This document shows, one piece after another, positions 13,340 to 23,708 of a stretch of 64,000 nucleotides of DNA; position 1 is the first letter of the stretch, and each line of letters opens with the position of its first letter. This DNA comes from Squalus acanthias. Taxonomy: Eukaryota. The position numbers and the translations under genes are program-made. The notes under the pieces are model-generated. The model worked only from the letters and a program-made list of their open reading frames with translations, was not told the DNA's origin and made no database searches. The stretch is from positions 110,486,001 to 110,550,000 of the forward strand of contig CM059431.1 in NCBI GenBank assembly GCA_030390025.1. Reading direction: 5' to 3'.

Positions 13340-13657
13340 AGATCGGCCATGATCTTATTGAATGGCGGAGCAGGCTCGAAGGACTGAATGGAACATAGGA
13401 ACATAGCAACAGGAGTAGGCCATTCAGCCCCTCGAGCCTGCTCCGCCATTCAATTAGATCATGGCTGATCTGCTACCTAACTCCATATACCCGCCTTTGG
13501 CCCATATCCCTTAATACCTTTGGTTAACAGAAAGCTATCAATCTCAGATTTAAAATTAACAATTGATCTAGCATCAATTGCCGTTTGCGGAAGGGAGTTC
13601 CAAACTTCTAATACCCTGGTACTCTTACTCCTGCTCCTATTTCTTATATTCTTATGT
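13340..13657. mobile_element. Plus-strand CR1 3' tail interrupted by a minus-strand CR1 3' fragment (~13391-13618)
   Basis: GATCGGCCATGATCTTATTGAATGGCGGAGC... resumes after the antisense insert as ACTCCTGCTCCTATTTCTTAT. Confidence 0.7.
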
Positions 13658-14149
13658 TTTTTTAAAAGAATAAGTTCTGGAAGCGTATTTATGAGATTAA
13701 AAAACCCATCTCACTCACCGAGATCGTGTCCTAATTTGCCTTGATACAGTTGGTTGCTGGTAGTTTGCTTGAGGAAGGAGCCAAACTATTCAATTCAAAT
13801 CCAAACGTTCTGCGATTTATTCAGATTTGTCTAATTGTCAGCTTTTTAAATGGACGCCATTATTTCAATTCACCAAATTCTCGTTCCTCCTTTAGATGTA
13901 CTTTGCAGCCTGCCAACTCAGACCAATCATTTTGAGCTAAAGCCTCTGAAGAGCAGTTGTCTAACCAAAACTTCTGAGGAGAATTAGATAGGCCAGGCAA
14001 TTTTCATAGTTGATGAAAAAGGATTAAAGAACCACGAGATTTAAAAACAAGTAATTACAACCTTGTTTTACCATAGAGTTGTGAACTATTTATTATTTTC
14101 TACCAGGAAGGCTTAGGAAAGAGTGATAAATCTTTTTTTTTTATTGCTA

Positions 14150-14822
14150 TAAGAACATAAGAATTACGAGCAGGAGTAGGCCATAGGGCCCATCGAGCCT
14201 GCTCCGTCATTCAATAAGATCATGGCCGATCTTCGACCTCAACTCCACTTTCCTGCACTATCCCCATATCCCTTGATTCCACTAGAGTCCAAAAATCTAT
14301 CTATCTCAGCCTTGAATATACTCAATGACTTAGCAACCACAGCTCTTTGAGGTAGAGAATTCCAAAGATTCACAACCCTCTGAGTGAAGAAATTTCTCCT
14401 CATCTCAGTCTTAAATGGCCGACCCCTTATCCTGAGACTATGCCCCCTAGTTCTAGACTCTCCAGCCAGGGGGAAACAACCTCTCAGCATCTACCCTGTC
14501 AATCCCCCTCAGAATCTTATATGTTTCAATGAGATCACTTCTCATTCTTCTAAACTGCAGAGAGTATAAGCCCAATCTACTCAATCTCTCCTCATAGTGC
14601 AACCCTGTCATCCCAGGAATCAATCTCGTGAACCTTCGTTGCACCGCCTCTAAGGCATGTATGTCCTTTCTCAGATAAGGAGACCAAAACTGTGCACAGT
14701 ACTCCAGGTGTGGTCTCACCAAATCCCAGTACAATTGGAGTAAGACTTCCTTACTCTTGTACTCCAACCCCCTTGCAATAAAGGCCAACATGCCATTTGC
14801 CTTCCTAATTGCTTGCTCTACC
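14150..14822 (-). mobile_element. CR1 family A 3' fragment
   Basis: ORFs 14453..14791 and 14239..14490 encode the CR1 ORF2 C-terminus (LVRPHLEYC, RRNFFTQRVVNLWNSLP). Octamer tail at ~14150. Confidence 0.9.
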
Positions 14823-15489
14823 TATTATTTGCTGGTTCTATTACCGTGTAATGAATTTGTTTGGCAGTTTAAAAATAGGGTCTAGTGTAGGTTTGCTGTA
14901 CTGCTTTTGTAGGTGAGGAGGATTCTATGAAGGCAAGGGATAGAATTAGTAGCTGAAGTAATTATTTTTTTTAAAAAAGGTTCTATGTTAATTTTCCCAG
15001 ATGTGCTATGATATTTTGCTGAGATATCAGGGCAAGTACTAATGATCTTGAGGGAGCTAGAGTTCATGTATGAGAGTAGTCTGAAACATAGAAGCTAAAC
15101 ATTTCTATGGTAAAACACCAAAAGTGTAGCTGGAGGGTTGGAGGGGGAATTACATGTGTAATACCAGCCTCGTATTCCTTCCTGAAATCTTTATATTGGC
15201 ACAGAAACAAAAATATGGCTTTTGCATATCTTGACCATAGATTCTTAAGCAAATAATCTCTCACTGTGCTTCAACAATGGAGCTTTATACATGCAGCAAC
15301 TGCCACTATAGCATTCCTTTACATATTTCATATAGGCTGAGGTATGTTGAGGGATTCTAATGATGACCTAAGCAAGGCTTGAGCAGTTCTCAAATGAGTA
15401 AACAGAATTTTTATAAATTATATTCTTGAAATGCATTCCAGCCTCTCTCTCCCTCTCTTGTTCTGTATAATATGCAGTTTTGTGGGGGG

Positions 15490-15642
15490 CTGCTTCTAGC
15501 GCGATGTTGTTAAAACTAGTGCAAAAGATCGCGGAAACTCAATTTGCGCTTAAAATTCCGCAATCCTTTGCGCCGGTTACGTCGATATTGGGCGAATTGT
15601 GCCGAAACAAACCCCAGTGTAATCGAGCGGAAACTCCAGGCC
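15490..15642 (-). mobile_element. Terminal fragment of the 11193-11934 MITE family
   Basis: Reverse complement of ~11193-11355; ends GCGGAAACTCCAGGCC. Confidence 0.55.
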
Positions 15643-17218
15643 ATTCTGTTTTGGGTGCGATTGGTTTTTTCTTCTTCTGCTGGTTGCAGGTGTTGTAGCA
15701 GACGGCAAGAAATATTGGGCTCTCGCGATGGAATTGCATCGCTTTGAAGTGACGTGTGTTATGATCACGTGATTGGAAACCGCAGTGATATCTGTTTTTA
15801 TTTTGCGACTTGTTATTAGTGTGGCCCATGCTGTTACCTAAACGATTCTTATTTAAATGAAAAGTTATGCAGCTCTTTTTAGCAATAAAACCCAGTGTGC
15901 GGCAGAACATGTATTTCCTACTGTTAATGTTGTGCCAAAGAGTTAATTGTGCGCCAGTTTTATTATGTAAAAGTACATGCTGATTTTGTTCTTTTCCTGG
16001 GAGCATTATTGTATTTAATAATTGTGCAATGCTCCTTGCATTAGTTACGTCAACTTGTATACAGCTGCTCTTTGTTTAACAGGTTAAGTAAAAAGTCACA
16101 AACTCAAAGAAAAAAATGGTCTTATTAAAGTAGCTCTCGCAAGATTGAACGGTCACCATCTGGTGTCTGCAATCTGGAGGTGCTTACCAGCAGGCATAAT
16201 TTATTGCTGTCAAGAATTTAGGATTCAAATATTAACACAGGGCTGAGAATTTACTTGTCTGTGGAACATTGAGACTAAATTGAGGAAGATGCTGAGAATG
16301 TTCTTATGGAAGGCTCGAGTATGCTGTGATAATGCTAACGGTCGAAGCTATTGTTGGTTAAAGTGGACTACTGTTAAGGAAGTATTCTGGGGCTGCTACT
16401 TTTTGCCCAGTACAAAACCAACAGGGATGGGTCTTTGACGTAATGATTTCATGCTTATTTTGTCCATCTTTATTTCTTCAAAATCTCAATCAATCTATCT
16501 CTCTCTCTCTCTCTCACTCGGTTGCCTTGTTTTTCTTTTAAGGTAAAATAAAGTTGGCATGCGGCAACTTGAGTAAAGACTGAAATTCTGGTTAATTAAT
16601 AGGTTTTGTTTCATACTCCGATATATTATGCCTATAGTTATTAGGTAGCAAACTTCAGTCCTAAAGTTATCTGCAAATTATCTGACTCTGGTTAATTTAT
16701 AAACTCGCCCATATAAATTACTTTCAACCACTCTTGTTATCTACTGACGGTAACTGCTTTTCATGCACAGATGGAACAGAGTTTGACCTTGCCAAACAAC
16801 TCTTCTTAAAAAAGAAACGAAAGACCGTAAACTGCAGACAGAATTATAAGTGCTTAAAACATGTCAACAACTCCTAAACTGGTCTCTGCACCAGATAACT
16901 TGAGGTGGAATAAAGTTAATGTTTTACCAACTGTAAGGATCGCTGTTCTTGGCTAAGACAAATGCAACTGCACAATACTGGCGAGAAGCACAAAAACCAG
17001 TGAAATGCAAAGGATGATTGAAGGGAGGGAAGAGAAGCAGAAGCCTGGGACTGGACCGGAGAGCAAGAAAAGGCTAGAATTGCATTTTAATTAACAGCTT
17101 TTGCAATCCAATTGTGTTGTCTACTCGATATAAGCTTGGTTGGGAGCAGGGAGGAGAATTATGGCGAGCACAAGTATAAAGGAGATACCCATGTAACACA
17201 ATTTTCAACGCACATTTT

Positions 17219-17490
17219 CTGTAGTCCCACCCCAACCGCGCGGTTTTGCCATACGCGGATTTCAAGTATACACGGTTTCCTCTCTGCGACAACTTTTGCC
17301 AACCGCGGCGGTGAATTTTGCGTATACGCGGTTTTAAATTTAGGATTAAGGTAAATAACATGATTATATTGCTTTTATATTCTTTTTTATTGTGTTATTT
17401 GAACATTTATACTGTATTTGCCAACCGCGGTTTTACCAACCACGGGGGCTTTTCAGGGACGTATCCCCCGCGGTTGGGGAGGGATTACTG
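17219..17490. mobile_element. Tc1/mariner-pogo-like MITE (~270 bp)
   Basis: 22-bp imperfect TIR CTGTAGTCCCACCCCAACCGCG / CGCGGTTGGGGAGGGATTACTG, followed by TA. Repeated internal CCAACCGCGG motifs. Confidence 0.65.
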
Positions 17491-19069
17491 TACATCAGTA
17501 AATCAGAATTTTACTTCAGCGTGCTTCCTTCCCTGCTCCGACACACACAATCTTAGGTTCTTAACCAGGAAGCCAATGGGAGAACATGCACAATCGGACA
17601 AGCACCTGCAGAGGGATGTTTAAAAAGCAATGGCAAACCCAACGCTAAACCGATCAGGTTTTCCCAAAATGGCCCATTCGTGATTCCAAATTCAGTTCAG
17701 CTTTTCAATTTTTATTTCTTTAAAAAAAAAAGAAATGAGAGCTATATTCATAATTTCTGGAATTAAGTCAGAGAAGTAACTTCATACAATGTCCATGTCA
17801 TGCCAACTGATCAAAAGCACTTTGTTTTTAGCTTTTCTGTAGCAGGCTTTGCAACTGTTGCTATAAGGATAGGTCATTCACGACGGTCAGGATAACCTGT
17901 TCCTCATTATACAACATGAAAACACACTGTGTCAACACGTTCCAGGTAATCTAGGTAGAATATTCCCTTTACTGTTTGGGTTATAAAACTGCAAAGAACA
18001 AAAGTCAATACAACACATTGCTAACAACATTCTGCCAAAGCCATTGTGTGAGCATTTGTGATGGTCCTTATAACTTAAATAGGTCTGCGATTGACTGTGT
18101 TTTTGCACAGTCCAGTAGAGGTCCTGTGATCTACATAACAATCAATAGTGATTGCCAATTATGCCTTAACTGATGGGAGTTTACACCAAAGGTTTGGTAA
18201 CACTGCTACAAGAAAATGGACCTCTTTGACATTCGTTTGTTCTCGCTTGAATTCTGGAAGCCACGCTCATGAACGGCAGCATGGTTACCGCCAGTGACTG
18301 CTGCCGTTGCTACGCCATGTTTCATACGTTGCCACAGCGGACCTGTGCACTATTCAACGGTTGAAACATAACAAAGTGCTGCACTTTTTGTGTTCTTGGT
18401 TATTGATGCGTGGGATAGGACGTGTACCCGACAAACCTTGTGCCAACGGATCACGCGGCAGTCACATGTGTTTTGAAGAGAATCATTATCTCCAGAATGC
18501 AATCCTGACCCGTTGAAGTTCTGATTGACTCAGTTGAGTCGGAACTGAGCGCAGACCTGAGCCAGCGCAGCCACCATAAGAAATAGGGTCCAATGTGTAT
18601 TTGCCAAACTGATTCTAAATTAGATTTCAGCTTTATTTTTCGAACAAAAAGTGTTTCCTTTTGCTATAGGAAAGTGCCTTAAAAGGCATTATATAGCGAG
18701 GAAGATGTGGCAGCACTATTGGAAGTGCAATGACGTCAATATCTTACCAATCTCATTTTAATGTTCCATATATTATTAATCATTGCTTTCTTATTATCCA
18801 GTGAGCAGATGGGCCACAGATCAGGAAGGCCCCAGCTTCTGATCCCTGGTCTGTGCGGAGCGAACTGAACTCAGCCAGGGGGCATTGGCAGAGGCACTAC
18901 AGTGATGGGAGAAAATGCCCGGGGTTCTTGCTCCCAATCATTGGGTGGCAAAATGTGGAAAACTGTTTAATTTCTAAAAGTTCACCAAAACATTTACACA
19001 AGACTATTTTCACCGGCCCAATCAAACAGTTGTGGCGCGTACCAGCTGCAAAGTTGCACCCATAAAGAT

Positions 19070-19505
19070 TCATAAGAACATAAGAATTAGGAGCAGGAGT
19101 CGGCCACATGGCCCCTCGAGCCTGCTCCGCCATTCAATAAGATCATGGCTGATCTTCAACCTCAACTCCACTTCCCGCCCGATCCCCGTGTCCCTTGATT
19201 CCCCTGGAGTCCAAAAGTCTACTGAACTCTGTCTTGAATTTACACAACGACTGAGCATCCACAGCCCTCTGGGGAAGAGAATTCCAAAGATTCACCACCC
19301 TCTGAGTGAAGACATTTCCCTGCATCTCAGACCTAAATGGCCGACCCCTTATCCTGAGACTGTGACCCCTGGTTCTAGACTGTCCAACCAGGGGAAACAA
19401 GCCTCTCAGCATCTACCCTGTCAAGCCCTCTAAAAATGTTATATGTTGCAATGAGATCACCTCTCATTCTTCTAAACTCCAGAGAATATAGGCCCATTCT
19501 ACTTG
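19070..19505 (-). mobile_element. CR1 family A 3' fragment
   Basis: ORF 19143..19412 encodes the CR1 C-terminus; octamer tail near 19070. Confidence 0.9.
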
Positions 19506-19850
19506 ATGGGACTTAGTTGAGCAGCTTCCGTTTGCAACTGGAGTGACAAAGAATAGATAACGGGACAATTGGTAATCGATAATGGGAAGAGGGCATCTTT
19601 TCCTGGCAGTCTAGTGTAGTCTATGCCTGCTTTTGCGACTGACCCAATGGAGGAGTGAGGTTGAGCCCAGAATTAACATGTTGTTCGCTACCTTTGGATG
19701 AGAACCTGCTGGATCCTTCTACCATTCCTCAATTAATAAAAATCTTTCTGACTTCTAATCTTGCCATTCTTCTTTTCTTGTGCTTGAGTGAGCATATCAT
19801 TTTTTTTTTTATTACTGTCCAATTTCACAGGCCGGAATTTTAACTTTGGA

Positions 19851-20047
19851 ACAACAGCAGAAAATGCTGGAAACACTCAGCGGATCAGGCAGCATCGAGG
19901 AGAGAGAAACAGAGTCAACGTTTCGGGTCGAGGACCCTTCGTCAGAAGGGTTTCTCTCTCCTCGATGCTGCCTGACCCGCTGCGTGTTTCCAGCATTTTC
20001 TGTTGTTATTTCAGATTTCCAGCATTCGCAGTATTTTGCTATTGTGC
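19851..20047. mobile_element. Inverted (hairpin) Penelope-like insertion, family P1, with hammerhead core
   Basis: Long inverted repeat. Flanks ATTTTAACTTTGGA / ATTTTTACTTTTGA resemble a diverged ~14-bp TSD. Confidence 0.7.
19913..19947 (-). ncRNA. Minimal type I hammerhead-ribozyme motif (core intact, stem I disrupted)
   Basis: Minus strand reads CTGACGA-A-GGGTC(CTC)GACCC-GAA-ACGT-T: conserved CUGANGA and GAAA boxes, 5-bp stem II, palindromic ACGT in place of stem III. Confidence 0.6.
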
Positions 20048-20207
20048 ATTTTTACTTTTGAGTTGGGTCGGGTGCGTTACGGGCCACGTAGCGGTTCGTG
20101 AATGCGATGTCTTGATCAGCCTGCTCTTCAGAGTGACTTTAACGTAATGGCCCCAATTAAACCCAACCATGTGTGTTTCTCGGCCCTATTAAAGGGTGCG
20201 GGTCTGA

Positions 20208-20245
20208 TGACGTCATCAATGACTCATCCAGCGCCCATATATAAA
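20208..20245 (+). promoter_or_regulatory. Putative promoter of the Harbinger Myb-like gene (CRE, AP-1-like site, TATA)
   Basis: TGACGTCA 20208-20215, TGACTCA 20220-20226 and TATATAAA 20238-20245, ~90 bp before ATG 20335. The CRE is conserved in copy 2. Confidence 0.45.
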
Positions 20246-20334
20246 GCAGTCTTGCACACAACACATTTGAAGGTTGGTAAAGGAGTGTGGAAGGAGCATT
20301 GGAAAGGTTGGAGTTATTGGGCAAAGTGAAAAAT

Positions 20335-23300
20335 ATGAATTCCCAAAGGCAGAGGGCTGCACCCCGTTTTACAGATGCCCCGCTGCATATTCTGGTGGAG
20401 GCAGTACGAGCACGCAGGGAGGTCCTCTTCCCAGCAGATGGGCGCAGGAGACCACCCCAAGAGATCAAAAGGGCCTGGCTGGAAATAACAGAGGAGGTCA
20501 GCAGCAGGGAGGTCGTGAGGAGGACCTGGATCCAGTGCAGGAAGAGACTCAATGATCTGATGAGGTCAGGAAAGGTGAGTGCAATGCCACACTAACCTTC
20601 ATCCTGATGTGCCTGCCACCACATCCCCATCACTCTGCCTTCCCAAGCCCACTCCTGCACATCATTCCTCACACCAACATACTTTGCACGTCCACCCATC
20701 CCACTCTCTCTATGTACATACTCACATCCCCATCTGACTAACCACCCCTCACACTCACCCTGATCGTAATGCACTCATAACACCACAGAAGGAGGCCATT
20801 TGGCATTGGCGCCCCACTCCCTCATAGTCACCCTCTACAGATGTAGCCCATCCATTCCTTACTCTCATTCCATCACTCTCACTCAGATTTCTCTTCTTTC
20901 CCTCCTTGCAGGAATAAAGAGCCCACAACAACAGAGAGAGGGAGAGAACCGGAGGTGGCCCTCCAGTCTTCGTACACCTAACAGCAGCAGAGGAGGCGGC
21001 TCTGGAAATCTCGGGAGCTCGAGAGACACTGGTGATGGGAGGCGAGAGAGAGGGGGACATCCCAACAACCTGGTGACAGAATCACATCTCATAAAGCCAC
21101 ATGGCATAAAACTGTCATTCATAAGGTGACTGATGTCAGCAGCCAGTGAAATGTCATCATGTGCATAATGGTAACATTGCCCATTCTTATTATAACAGTT
21201 TTAATTCATCTCTTTACTCTCCCACAGGTCCATCAACTGCCCCGCCCACTGTCGAGCCAGAGGAGGAAGATGAATCCTCAGAGGAACCTCCAATCTCTGA
21301 GGGTGCAGCGTCACCAGACCCAAGCGCACACCTCGGTGGGTCCTTTGCGCCATAGAGTAGAGTTGTCACCTGGTGTCTCACAATTCACAAGTGAGCAAGA
21401 GCAGGTGGTGTTGACAGGGACAGCAGTGGAGACTCCTCGCCGGAGGGCACAGGACGCTCCAAGCTCTGTTGAGCTGCATGCAGATGCTGAACCTCGAGGG
21501 CCATCGAGAAAGAGGGTGATCTTGGAGTGGCAGCAACAATTGCATGAGGCTCTGGCATCTTTTGTAGCTGTGATGTCTGCAAATGTTCAGAGAATGGAGG
21601 AGTCCCTCTCCAACATGAGCACCACCATGTTGCAGGTGATGGCGATGATGTGCTCTTCCATGGAAAGGAAGTCCTTCTTGACTTGTCTGCAGCCTTTGAC
21701 ATGGTTGATCACTCCATCCTTCTCCAACACCTCTCCCCCGTCGTCCAGCTGGGTGGGACTGCACTCGCCTGGTTCCATTCTTATCTATCTAATCATAGCC
21801 AGAGAATCACCTGGAATGGCTTCTCTTCCCGCATTGTTACCTTTGGTGTCCCCCAAGGATCTATCCTGGGCCCCCCTCCTATTTCTCATCTACATGCTGC
21901 CCCTTGGCGACGTCATCCAAAAACACAGCGTCAGTTTCCACATGTACGCTGATGACACCCAGCTCTACCTCACTACCACTTCTCTCGACCCCTCCACGGT
22001 CTCTAAATTGTCAGGCTGCTTGTCCGACATCCAGTTCTGGATGAGCAGAAATTTTCTGCAATGAAATATTGAGAAGACCAAAACCAATGTTTTTGGTCCC
22101 CGCCACAAACTCCGTTCCCTAGCCATTGACTCCATCCCTCTCCCTAACATCTGTCTGAGGCTGAACCACACTGTTCGCAACCTTGGTGTTATATTTGACC
22201 CTGAAATGAGCTTCCGACCACATATCCGCGGCATAACTAAGACCGCCTATTTCCACCTCCGTAACATCGCCCGTCTCCGCCCTTGCCTCCGCTCATCCGC
22301 TGCTGAAACCCTCATCCATGCCTTTGTTACCTCTAGACTTGACTATTCCAATGCACTCCTGGCTGGCCTCCCACATTCTACCCTACGTAAACTTGAGGTC
22401 ATCCAAAACCCAGTTGCCTGTGTCCTAACTCGCACCAAGTCCTGTTCGCCCATCACTCCTGTGCTTGTTGTCCTACATTGGCTCTCAGTTAAGCAACGCC
22501 TCGATTTCAAAATTCTCATCCTTGTTTTCAAATCCCTCCATGGTTTCGCCCCTCCCTATCCAGCCCCACAACCCCCCGAGATATCTGCGCTCCTCTAATT
22601 CTGCCTTCTTGAGCATCCCTGATTATAATCGCTCAACCATTGGTAGCCGTGCCTTCTATCGCCTAGGCCCTAAGCTCTGGAATTCCCCACCTAAACCTCT
22701 CTGCCTCGCTACCTCTCTTTCCTCCTTTAAGACGCTCCTTAAAACCTACCTCTTTGACCAAGCTTTTGGTCACCTGCCCTAATTTCTCCTTATGTGGCTC
22801 AGTGTCAAATTTTTTGTCTTATAAAACTCCTGTGAAGTGGCTTGGGACATTTTACTATGTTAAAGGCGCTATATAAATACAAATTGCTGTTGTTGTTGGA
22901 TGGCCACCTGCATGGAGCAGCAAATGCACCACTCACATGAGCACATGTTAGCTGTGGACAAAGGACGGCAGGCGCTCATAGACATCCTCTCAAGGAGGGA
23001 TGTGAACATTGACTTGGGCCGTCATCGCCCCACTGCTGTGCAGCAAGGTGCTCGCCAGCTCCTTGCCAGCAGGGAAGTGCGGGTTGCCCATGAGAGGGAT
23101 GATGGTGAGAGGGAACATGGAAGTGGGGGCTCTTCTCAAAGCGCTCCCACTTCTCCCCCATTGCCACCCCCTCAGTCAGAGCCCCACATGCTGCCTCGGA
23201 TCGCGATGGCCGAGTCTGCCCCTGCACAGTCGCAGGAGGAGCAGACTATGGCGGACCCATCACAGGCTCCAAAACCCAGAGGACTTCCCCCAAAAAGTGT

Positions 23301-23407
23301 CTGACGAGTCGCAGCAGGGAAGTGAGCAGCCTGCAACTACCTCTGCTGAAGTCACAGGGGTTGCACCTCGTAGAAGCACTCGCAAAAGAAAAATGACACA
23401 TAAGTAG
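20335..23407 (+). pseudogene. Harbinger Myb/SANT-like (trihelix) gene, 3 exons (20335-20574, 20912-21072, 21228-23407); exon 3 split by L2
   Basis: Exon 1 encodes RAAPRFTD...KRAWLEITEEVSS...RRTWIQCRKRLNDL. Splice sites AAG/GTGAGT, TTGCAG/, CTG/GTGACA, CCACAG/. Stop in exon 2 and frameshifts. Basic C-terminus RRSTRKRK. Confidence 0.85.
21670..22897 (+). mobile_element. 5'-truncated L2-clade LINE
   Basis: RT motifs [55 protein letters not shown]. (GTT)n tail. Flanked by GGA/GGA. Confidence 0.92.
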
Positions 23408-23669
23408 ATGCACAAGAGTAAGCACATGGGTTTATCAAAAAATGTTAGTGCTAAGTTTCAGTTGTTTTGATTGAACACATAAATGTTTTTCTTTGCACCA
23501 CTTTCTGGTCTTGTCCATTTTTACCTCAAACCTTGCAAGTGGCTTTGTCACTTGGAGTGAATGGTGACACATTATTTAACCTCGAGTATTGGGGCTTTGG
23601 GCGAGAGGAATGGATTGGTCATTGTAGGAATTCTTTATGGTGTTGTTGGAGGTGGGGGGGAACATAGCG

Positions 23670-23687
23670 TTAGGGTTAGGGTTAGGG
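23670..23687 (+). repeat. (TTAGGG)3 telomere-type repeat
   Basis: Exact TTAGGGTTAGGGTTAGGG. Confidence 0.9.
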
Positions 23688-23708
23688 ATGTGTCTGCATC
23701 AGAGCAAG

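Noticed and set aside
21159..22064. 301-aa ORF that looks like a novel fusion protein
   Set aside because: Read-through across the junction of Myb exon 3 and the L2 insertion, partly off-frame.
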